From a bacterium (lineage in GTDB: Bacteria > Zhuqueibacterota > Zhuqueibacteria > Oceanimicrobiales > Oceanimicrobiaceae): DNA of 22,518 bases. Of the stretch, positions 15,406 to 22,518 are shown piece after piece. The notes under the pieces are model-generated. The model was not told where the DNA came from. It made no database searches and saw only the letters and a program-made list of their open reading frames with translations. The stretch covers positions 1 to 22,518 of the forward strand of contig JBHHYI010000063.1 of NCBI GenBank assembly GCA_046757525.1, in the 5' to 3' direction. A program made the position numbers and the translations under genes. The first letter of the stretch is position 1, and each line of letters begins with the position of its first letter.

Positions 15406-16859
15406 ACGAGATTGAGTTTGCTGCCATCAACCTGCGCGTGATCTCTCCGGCAATCGCTTTGACTTTGACGGGATTTCTCTTAATCGCCCTGGGTCTGTTT
15501 GCACCCAAAATCAAACGGGTAGGATTTGTGGCTGTGGGACTCGCAGGGATGCTGGTAACTTTTGTTTTCACGCTAAAGCTCTGGAACGGCGACGGATCGG
15601 CATTTGCGCACATGGTGGTCTCAGATAATTTTGCCCTGGTGTTCAATGCTATTTTTCTGGTGGGGGCGTGCCTCAGTTTGTTGTTAGCACTCAATGAGCA
15701 CGAAGGCAGCTATTTGCTGTATCCGGAATTCTCCGCTGTCGTCCTATTTGCCACGGTGGGCATGGTGCTCATGGCTTCCGGTACCAATCTCCTGACCATA
15801 TTCTTGGGCCTGGAAACTTTATCGATTTCGCTTTACATTTTAGCAGGATTCAAACGCAGCGAATCACGGTCGCTGGAGGCGGCCTTTAAGTACTTTCTCC
15901 TCGGGGCTTTTGCCAGTGGGTTTCTGCTTTACGGCATGGCCTTCATTTACGGAGCCAGCGGCAGCCTGGATCTCAACCAAATCGCTGCGTTCGTTGCCGG
16001 CCACAACCCCACGAAAAGCCCGCTGATGTTGATTGGCGGCGTCCTGCTGATCGTGGGATTTGCGTTTAAAGTGGCGGTGGTGCCCTTTCACATGTGGACT
16101 CCGGATGTTTACCAGGGCGCGCCAACCCCGATCACCGCCTTCATGTCCACTGGTTCAAAAGCGGCGGGATTTGCGGCCATGTTGCGCGTGCTGCTGACAG
16201 CAACCGACGGCACTGTGACCGACTGGGTCAAGATTCTCTGGGTGCTTGCCGTATTGACCATGTTTGTGGGCAATATCGCCGCCCTGTTGCAGTCGAACCT
16301 TAAGCGCATGCTGGCCTACTCTTCCATTGCCCATGCCGGCTACGTTCTGGTGGGGTTGATGGCCTGGAATGAAATCGGCGCTTCCAGCGTCCTATTTTAT
16401 CTGCTTGCCTACACCTTCATGAACATCGGTGCCTTTGGCGTCATTTCTATTCTAAGCACCAAAGAGAAAGAATATGTGGAGCTCAGCGATTTCAAAGGTC
16501 TGGGTTACCAAAAACCATTCGTCGCCATCGTCATGTCGATTTTCATGTTTTCCCTGGCTGGCATTCCGCCTACGGCAGGATTTGTGGGTAAGTTTTATTT
16601 GTTCAGTGCAGCCGTCAAAGCGGGGCACGTCCCTTTAGTCATCCTCGGCGTCATCAACGCCATGATTTCCATCTACTATTATTTAGGCGTCGTGGTCTTG
16701 ATGTTTATGAAAGAAAGCGAGCAACCGACGGCCTTTGCAAAGCCAGTCCCTGCCGTTTCTTTGAGCCTTATTCTGGCGGCCATTGGTACTCTGGGATTAG
16801 GTCTATTTCCCTCTCAGATCCTGACCGCGATGCAACACCTGGTTAGCAGAATGCTTTAG
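15402..16859 (+). CDS. nuoN: NADH-quinone oxidoreductase subunit N (485 aa)
   Basis: GLETLSISLYIL, EAAFKYFLLG, FKVAVVPFHMWTPDVYQGAP, KRMLAYSSIAHAGY, SLAGIPPTAGFVGKF; ATGA overlap with nuoM. Confidence 0.97.
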   Translation: MNEIEFAAINLRVISPAIALTLTGFLLIALGLFAPKIKRVGFVAVGLAGMLVTFVFTLKLWNGDGSAFAHMVVSDNFALVFNAIFLVGACLSLLLALNEHEGSYLLYPEFSAVVLFATVGMVLMASGTNLLTIFLGLETLSISLYILAGFKRSESRSLEAAFKYFLLGAFASGFLLYGMAFIYGASGSLDLNQIAAFVAGHNPTKSPLMLIGGVLLIVGFAFKVAVVPFHMWTPDVYQGAPTPITAFMSTGSKAAGFAAMLRVLLTATDGTVTDWVKILWVLAVLTMFVGNIAALLQSNLKRMLAYSSIAHAGYVLVGLMAWNEIGASSVLFYLLAYTFMNIGAFGVISILSTKEKEYVELSDFKGLGYQKPFVAIVMSIFMFSLAGIPPTAGFVGKFYLFSAAVKAGHVPLVILGVINAMISIYYYLGVVVLMFMKESEQPTAFAKPVPAVSLSLILAAIGTLGLGLFPSQILTAMQHLVSRML

Positions 16860-17037
16860 TTATTTGGGATGATGGCTTAACCCGAATTTTTCCTGGCCCA
16901 GCCAGGCCGCCAATGAATGAACACCAATTTCGTGGCAAGACTCAGAGACGCCAAGTTTTGAATGGAGTTGCTGTCCCACAGCCGTGACAAGAACTGACTT
17001 TTGAATAGAGATCTCTTACATGCTTAACGTCTAAGCT

Positions 17038-17964
17038 ATGAGCACAAGCTATCTTGAAATTCTGGAATCGGTCAAGAATGACAATACCTCGGGGGCCTGG
17101 ATCATTGCGCAAAAAACCATCGATTGTTTGGAGGCGTTGGCGCGCGAAAAGTCGGATGTGGCGGCCAAAGAATTCCTGGGCGAGGTTGAGCGCATCGCCC
17201 GCGAGATTCTCAAGGCGCAGCCAGGCATGGCGCAGCTCACCAATTTATTCAATGCGATTTTTGCGACCATCGAGAATGAAACTTCAAAGGATACCCTGGT
17301 CTTGTCGAGAAAAATCTCTGGCGAGGCTACCCGCTTTGCCGAATTCGCGCGACAGGCTGTAAACAAGGTGGCTGAATTTGGTGCGGAGCTAATCTCCGAA
17401 GACGCCGTGGTGCTCACACACAGCAATAGCAGCACCGTGTTCGAGATTTTTAAGAAAGGCCACGAAGCTGGCAAAACCTTTCAGGTTATTCTTTCCGAAT
17501 CGCGCCCGGTTTGCGAGGGCCGCGAACGAGCGCAAGAGCTTTCCGACCTGGGGGTTCAGTGTGTGTTTCTGATCGATGCCGCCGTGGGGTTAGGGGTCGA
17601 GCGCGCCGACATCGTGCTCCTGGGCGCCGATAGCTTGTCGGAGAGCTCGCTGGTCAACAAGATCGGCAGCAAGGCCATCTGTTTGCTGTCGCGGGAAGCC
17701 GTGGTACCCTGCTACGCCGCTTGCGAGTCGAGCAAATATACGCCCCAAAAACTCAGTCCCAAAAAAGAACAGCCACGAGACCCCAAAGAAGTCTGGGAGA
17801 ACCCACCGCCAGAAGTCTCCATTGAAAATTACTATTTTGATGAAGTGGCTTTGGATTTCTTCACCGGCATCATCACCGAGGACGGCATTTTAACCCCGGA
17901 AGAAATCGGCGGTAAGATTCGATCTCAAAAGATGAGCAAGAAGCTCATCGAAATGCTTAAATGA
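17038..17964 (+). CDS. eIF-2B alpha/beta/delta (IF-2B) family protein of the MtnA / ribose-1,5-bisphosphate isomerase superfamily, catalytic Cys replaced (308 aa)
   Basis: DNTSGA, AQPGMA, VLTHSNSSTV, SESRPVCEG, LIDAA, LLGADS, VNKIGS, ENYYFDEV, GIITEDG. Confidence 0.9.
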   Translation: MSTSYLEILESVKNDNTSGAWIIAQKTIDCLEALAREKSDVAAKEFLGEVERIAREILKAQPGMAQLTNLFNAIFATIENETSKDTLVLSRKISGEATRFAEFARQAVNKVAEFGAELISEDAVVLTHSNSSTVFEIFKKGHEAGKTFQVILSESRPVCEGRERAQELSDLGVQCVFLIDAAVGLGVERADIVLLGADSLSESSLVNKIGSKAICLLSREAVVPCYAACESSKYTPQKLSPKKEQPRDPKEVWENPPPEVSIENYYFDEVALDFFTGIITEDGILTPEEIGGKIRSQKMSKKLIEMLK

Positions 17965-17977
17965 CAGGAGTCCGTAA

Positions 17978-19477
17978 ATGCAAGTAGCGTGTAAACAAGC
18001 CACAATTGAGAACGAAGCCTGCGAGGCGTTGGTCATCGGCGTGGCGGAGGAACAGTCGGCGCCCAACATTCCGGGCAACGACAAACTGAAGAAATTCTGC
18101 CGCGATTTTCTTGCTCTGCAAGACTTCAAGGGCAAGCCGAAAGAGACCGTTACGCTGTACCCGCAGGAGAATCTGCCGAGCAAACGAATACTTTTGACCG
18201 GACTGGGCGAGCAGGACAAATACGACCTGGAGAAGGTGCGCCAGGCGGTGGGAATGGCTGCAAAGTCTTTGCGCTCACAAGGGGTGGAGCAGGTGTCCGT
18301 GGCTCTGGATTCCTTCGTGTTGCCCGACGGGGACCGCCAGGCGTTAGCCCAGGCTATCGTTGAAGGGGTGATTCTGGCCAACTACCAGTATACAGAGTTC
18401 AAGGAGCTAAAGCCGGAGGAAAGGAATGCCATTCAAGAGCTCGTAGTGCTCATTGACTCAAATGCCAGCCAGGCAGAGGTGAAAGCCGGCCTCCGATGGG
18501 GACAGGTCGTTGCCGAAGCCGCTAATTTTACCCGTGACCTGCAGAATCGGCCCGGAAATCTGATTACGCCGACGCAGCTTGCCAACGTCGCTCAGGAGAT
18601 GGCCAGGGTGGCTGGTTTGAAATGCGAGGTGCTGGACCAGGGGCAAATGCAGGCATTGCGCATGGGGGCGCTCCTGAGCGTGGCCAGAGGTAGTCAGGAA
18701 CCACCCAAATTCATCGTTTTGGAACATAAGGCCGACCAGGGGGAACTGGACACCATCGTGCTGGTAGGCAAGGGCATCACCTTCGACAGCGGCGGCATCT
18801 CCATCAAGCCGGGCGAGAAAATGGATGAGATGAAATTCGACATGTCCGGCGGCGGCGCCGTGCTCGGCGCCATGAAGGCCGTGGCTGAGCTTGAGATACC
18901 CTTGCACGTTGTGGGACTCGTACCTGCGTCGGAGAATCTGCCCAGCGGCACTTCCATGAAACCCGGCGACATTCTGCAGGCCGGTGACGGCACCTCCATT
19001 GAAGTCCTCAACACCGATGCCGAGGGAAGGCTGGTACTGGCCGATGCGTTGGTCTACGCCAGGAGATTCAATCCCAAAGCGGTGGTGGATTTGGCCACGT
19101 TGACTGGTGCCTGTGTGGTGGCTCTGGGCCACTACGCCAGCGGCCTGTTTGGCAAGGATGGCGATCTGATCGAACGTCTCAAGCAAGCCGCTCAGAAGAG
19201 CGGCGAACGAGTCTGGGAGCTGCCTCTCTGGGACGATTACAGCGACGACATCAAGGGGGATTACGCGGACATTAAGAACGTCGGCAGCCGCTGGGGCGGT
19301 GCCATCACTGCCGCCGCCTTCTTAGCTAAGTTTGCCCAGCACTACCCCTGGGCGCACCTGGACATCGCCGGCACCGCCTGGACCGACAAGGAAAGCGCTT
19401 ATTTCACCAAGGGCGGCACCGGTGTGGGTGTGCGGCTCTTGCTGCAGTTTTTGCGGGATTGGGTAGGAGAGAAGTAG
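17978..19477 (+). CDS. pepA: Leucyl aminopeptidase, peptidase M17 (499 aa)
   Basis: VGKGITFDSGG, MKFDMSGG, NTDAEGRLVLAD, DLATLTGA, WAHLDIAG; AGGAG RBS at 17966-17970. Confidence 0.98.
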   Translation: MQVACKQATIENEACEALVIGVAEEQSAPNIPGNDKLKKFCRDFLALQDFKGKPKETVTLYPQENLPSKRILLTGLGEQDKYDLEKVRQAVGMAAKSLRSQGVEQVSVALDSFVLPDGDRQALAQAIVEGVILANYQYTEFKELKPEERNAIQELVVLIDSNASQAEVKAGLRWGQVVAEAANFTRDLQNRPGNLITPTQLANVAQEMARVAGLKCEVLDQGQMQALRMGALLSVARGSQEPPKFIVLEHKADQGELDTIVLVGKGITFDSGGISIKPGEKMDEMKFDMSGGGAVLGAMKAVAELEIPLHVVGLVPASENLPSGTSMKPGDILQAGDGTSIEVLNTDAEGRLVLADALVYARRFNPKAVVDLATLTGACVVALGHYASGLFGKDGDLIERLKQAAQKSGERVWELPLWDDYSDDIKGDYADIKNVGSRWGGAITAAAFLAKFAQHYPWAHLDIAGTAWTDKESAYFTKGGTGVGVRLLLQFLRDWVGEK

Positions 19478-19568
19478 AGCTCTGGAGCCGGGGGACCAGA
19501 ATCTCACCGAAAAGACTTGGCTCGCAGAGAGTCTACGCCTTCGCGTTAGCTGTAAACAATTTATTCTC

Positions 19569-19794
19569 GTTATTTTCGTTCCCACGGTCTCCGTGGAAAT
19601 GCTCCCCGCAACGCTCAGCGTCAAGTTCAGCCTTCAGTAGTCACTTGGACGACACCTCTACTCAATCCTGGAGACCCTCATCTTGGTCCTTCAAGTGTGC
19701 TGGTTGGTTCCCACGCTTGAACTACCCAGCACCGCGGGCTACCGTGGACACATGGGCGTCCTGAACCCATTCCCACGGCGAGTGCGTGGGCACA
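19569..19794. repeat. Degenerate REPIN-like element, copy 1: TCGTTCCCACG-type REP, second stem, spacer and an inverted degenerate REP
   Basis: TCGTTCCCACGGTCTCCGTGGAAATG (19576-19601), AACGCTCAGCGTC (19610-19622), GACACATGGGCGTC (19747-19760), CATTCCCACGGCGAGTGCGTGGGCAC (about 19768-19793). 19569-19658 and 19720-19732 recur at 22400-22518. Confidence 0.8.
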
Positions 19795-19876
19795 AAGGTA
19801 CACTCCGGACCAAGTCCGCCTCAGAAAAGGAGGATTGAGGGAAGCATAAGCAAGTCACGAAAAAAAAGAACTTACC

Positions 19877-20025
19877 ATGAAAATGCCCAACGACCCAAAA
19901 TTCAAAAAACTGACCAGGAGGCTCAAAAACAACGGCACTGTGGCCGAGGTCTCGATCTGGAACCAAGCCAAGGAGAACAGTCGTTAAATCCCCTGGTCGC
20001 AGATGATTTTCCGCAAATCCCATGA
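19877..20025 (+). pseudogene. Remnant of a DUF559 / Vsr-like endonuclease gene (N-terminal fragment)
   Basis: ATG 19877 gives MKMPNDPKFKKLTRRLKNNGTVAEVSIWNQAKENSR* (TAA 19985-19987), resembling the DUF559 N-terminus (..YNPKLK.LAR.LR.N.T.AE.LLW..LK..) as recalled. DDFPQIP in another frame (20002-20022) may be the decayed F.RQ.PI motif. Confidence 0.6.
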
Positions 20026-20108
20026 GATGCGGCTATAACCGATACCACTACGCTATGTCAGTTTCCTGCCGATTGGTCACAACCTAATCAAAGTTTTGGG
20101 AGTTTCCG

Positions 20109-22328
20109 GTGAAGCTGCTTTCAAATGTAAAGGGGGATCTCATAGGGGGACTAACCACCTCCGTAATTTCGCTCCCTTTAGCGATTGCCTTCGGGGTTTT
20201 AGCCTTCGCTCCTTTAGGCGAGGGTTATGTTGCTCAGGGAGCCCTCGCCGGGCTGTACGGTGTCATCGTTGCTGGCATTCTAACCAGCGTGTTCGGCGGC
20301 ACGCCTGGCCAAATATCCGTGCCCACAGCCCCCATGTCGGTGATGGTTACCTCTATCATCGCAACCCTGTTGCAGGATCCCGAGGTGGCAGCCACGGGTG
20401 ACAGTCAGGTCACGGTAATATTGGTGTTGGTATCCATGACGGTTCTGCTGGCCGGGGTTCTGCAATTGCTAATGGCGGTCAGTGGTGGTGGCAAGCTGAT
20501 TAAATTCATACCGTATCCGGTCATTGCGGGTTTCATGAACGGTATTGCCGTTATCATAATTCTCGAGCAGCTAAAGCCTTTTTTGGGGCTGTCAGAGCAT
20601 GCCAAGCTAAGCTCCATCTTCACGGGTGAGGCTGGCATTCACTTTGAAACGGTGATCGTGGGAACGATAACCATTGTTGCCATGGTTGTTGCCCAGAAAT
20701 GGGCCAAGGCTATTCCTCAGGCGTTGGTAGGGTTGCTGTGTGGCGTGGCGGCTTACTTTGTGATCGGGGCAGTGTTCAATCCATCTCTCCTGCAAATTGA
20801 AGGCAATCCCGCCATCATTGGACCCATTCCGAAAGCTTTTCCAACCCCAAGACAGATTGGCAATTTTATGAGCGTGAGACAGTTCATATCGCTGGCCACG
20901 TTGAGCAAACTGCTCTTACCGGCATTAACTCTGAGTGTGCTGGCCTCTATTGAAAGCTTGCTCACCTCGGTGGTTACCGACATTCTCACCAGGTCCAAAC
21001 ACAACAGCACGAAAGAATTGATCGGGCAGGGCATGGGCAACTCGGCTGCGGCTCTTTTTGGCGGATTGCCGGTCACAGGCTCAGCCGTGGTCACCCTGGT
21101 TAATGTCAACACCGGTGGGCGCACCCCTTTGGCCGGTCTGGTCAACAGCCTTGGCGTGCTTCTGGTGATACTCTTTCTCGGTAGCCTGGTACAGTGGATT
21201 CCCATTGGCGTGTTGGCGGGAATCCTCATGGTTACCGCGGTTGGCATGATCGAATACGAGAGCATCAGCCTGTCGATGAAAAAATCGGCCCTGGAAAACC
21301 TGCTGGTCATTCTCGCCGTGACCATCATCACCGTGGCCGTCGATCTGATCCTTGCGGTTCTGATCGGTTTGATCATCGCAGCGTTTCTGTTCATTAAAGA
21401 ACAAATTGGCAAAACCATCGTGCGGCGAATGTACACCGGCAACCTGGTGCACTCGAAGAAAATTCGCAGCCAACCAGCCATGAGAATTCTCGAGGAAAAG
21501 GGCGACTTGATCAAGGTGTATGAGTTAAATGGCTCCCTGTTTTTTGGTACCTGCGACAAACTGCAATCGGAGATCGAAAGCGAGTTGGGCAGCTTTTGCA
21601 TCATCCTGGATCTGAAGCGGGTACATACCATCGATATGACCGGGGCGCAACTGCTGCGGCAAGTCATAGATCGCGTGCAGGAAAACGGCAATTATTTTCT
21701 CCTGAGCTACCTCGACAATCCCGGCGATCACGACAAGGAGCGCATGCGCAAACACATGGAGGATTTGGAAGTCATTAAAGCCGTTGGACCTGAGCTGATA
21801 TTTCAGGACACCGATCATGCCCTGGAATGGGCCGAAGACCAGCTCATTCAGCGCGAACTGGAGGCTGCGCAAATTGAAAAACAGAAAATGGCCTTGAAAC
21901 ATTTCACGGTGTTCCGGGACCTTTCCGAAGAACAACTGGAAATTGTGCAGCGGCACACCCACCCCATGCGTTGCAAGAAAGCTGAAATCGTGTTTAAAGA
22001 AGGCGATCCCGGAGACAAGATTTACTTCATCATTTCCGGAGGCGTCAGCGTGCTGGCCAGCCTTTCTGAAAACGGTCGGGATTGCCGATTGGCCACCTTT
22101 GGCGAAGGCGTATTTTTTGGCGACATGGCCATTCTTGAAAACCAGCCGCGTTCGGCCACTGTGCGGGCCGACGTGGACACCGAGCTGCTGTACCTAACGG
22201 TGGCTGACTTTGACGATCTGGTGAATAACCAACCCCTGCTGGCCTCCAAAATGCTGCTCGGCATGGCACGCGAGCTTTCTTACCGGCTACGGATTACTAC
22301 CACAGAAGTGCGAACGTTGGCGGAGTAG
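20109..22328 (+). CDS. SulP/SLC26 anion transporter with STAS and a C-terminal cyclic-nucleotide-binding domain (739 aa)
   Basis: GDLIGGLT..LPLAIAFG..GLYG, IKFIPYPVIAGFMNGIAV, ELIGQGMGN; STAS YELNGSLFFG..ILDLKRVHTIDMTG; cNMP domain VFKEGDPGDKIYFIISGGV..FFGDMAIL..PRSATVRA. GTG start. Confidence 0.96.
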   Translation: MKLLSNVKGDLIGGLTTSVISLPLAIAFGVLAFAPLGEGYVAQGALAGLYGVIVAGILTSVFGGTPGQISVPTAPMSVMVTSIIATLLQDPEVAATGDSQVTVILVLVSMTVLLAGVLQLLMAVSGGGKLIKFIPYPVIAGFMNGIAVIIILEQLKPFLGLSEHAKLSSIFTGEAGIHFETVIVGTITIVAMVVAQKWAKAIPQALVGLLCGVAAYFVIGAVFNPSLLQIEGNPAIIGPIPKAFPTPRQIGNFMSVRQFISLATLSKLLLPALTLSVLASIESLLTSVVTDILTRSKHNSTKELIGQGMGNSAAALFGGLPVTGSAVVTLVNVNTGGRTPLAGLVNSLGVLLVILFLGSLVQWIPIGVLAGILMVTAVGMIEYESISLSMKKSALENLLVILAVTIITVAVDLILAVLIGLIIAAFLFIKEQIGKTIVRRMYTGNLVHSKKIRSQPAMRILEEKGDLIKVYELNGSLFFGTCDKLQSEIESELGSFCIILDLKRVHTIDMTGAQLLRQVIDRVQENGNYFLLSYLDNPGDHDKERMRKHMEDLEVIKAVGPELIFQDTDHALEWAEDQLIQRELEAAQIEKQKMALKHFTVFRDLSEEQLEIVQRHTHPMRCKKAEIVFKEGDPGDKIYFIISGGVSVLASLSENGRDCRLATFGEGVFFGDMAILENQPRSATVRADVDTELLYLTVADFDDLVNNQPLLASKMLLGMARELSYRLRITTTEVRTLAE

Positions 22329-22399
22329 TGGCCGACTTTTGCCTAACGATTAAGAGTTCGCAGCGGAAGCGCTTTTTGCGTCCGTCTGCAACTGAAGTG

Positions 22400-22518
22400 G
22401 TTATCTCGTTCCCACCGTCTCCGTGGGAACGCCCCGCGCGACGCTCAGCGTCGAGTTCAGCCCCAGTGGTCACTTGGAGCAACGCCTCGGTGCCCTACAC
22501 ACCTCAACTACCCAGCAC
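22400..22518. repeat. REPIN-like element, copy 2, in the same orientation as copy 1 and truncated by the window end
   Basis: gttatctcgttcccaccgtctccgtgggaacgccccgcgcgacgctcagcgtcgagttcagccccagtggtcacttgga aligns with the sequence from 19569; the tail AACTACCCAGCAC (22506-22518) equals 19720-19732. Confidence 0.85.

Noticed and set aside
11056..16859. Calling the membrane genes an Mrp/Mnh antiporter operon
   Set aside because: Motifs and gene order are Nuo-type (three antiporter-like subunits L, M, N) and no MrpE/F/G homologues are present.
16892..16906. CCTGGC-cca-GCCAGG hairpin after nuoN as a terminator
   Set aside because: Short stem with no downstream U-tract in either direction.
19517..19545. 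ttggctcgcagagagtctacgccttc as another degenerate REP type
   Set aside because: Too degenerate, and there is no second copy in the window to support it.
19786..20025. 79-aa ORF as a real gene
   Set aside because: No recognisable protein; better explained as overlapping the REP end and the frameshifted DUF559-like remnant.
12310..21962. Long minus-strand ORFs (12310..13023, 13033..13824, 18458..19186, 20753..21691 and others)
   Set aside because: Antisense shadows of nuoL, pepA and sulP.
19569..22518. CRISPR array or tRNA interpretation of the palindromic repeats
   Set aside because: No regularly spaced repeat-spacer units, no cas genes and no cloverleaf or T-loop signature.

Overview
Bacterial chromosomal window; the lineage cannot be fixed from sequence alone. 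It contains four blocks. (1) 1-6588, minus strand: two ATGA-coupled genes for large secreted modular carbohydrate-active proteins. The first is FN3x3-PKD plus a divergent PL11/YesW-like FG-GAP propeller. The second is a >=1296-aa protein missing from the ORF track because it runs off the left edge; hand translation gives FN3x2-malectin-FN3-Ig-FN3-GH105-Ig-FN3x2 and onward. (2) 6793-8214: a divergently transcribed MucR/Ros-like Zn-finger + pentapeptide-repeat + membrane protein, followed by a REP/MITE-like element. (3) 8554-16859: a sigma70-type promoter ahead of usp, an ArsB/NhaD-type antiporter and nuoJKLMN, i.e. only the distal membrane arm of complex I. (4) 17038-22518: an eIF-2B-family protein lacking the isomerase Cys, pepA, a REPIN-like element with a DUF559-like remnant, a SulP-STAS-cNMP transporter and a second copy of the REP element. 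All family calls come from motif recognition by eye; no database searches were run.
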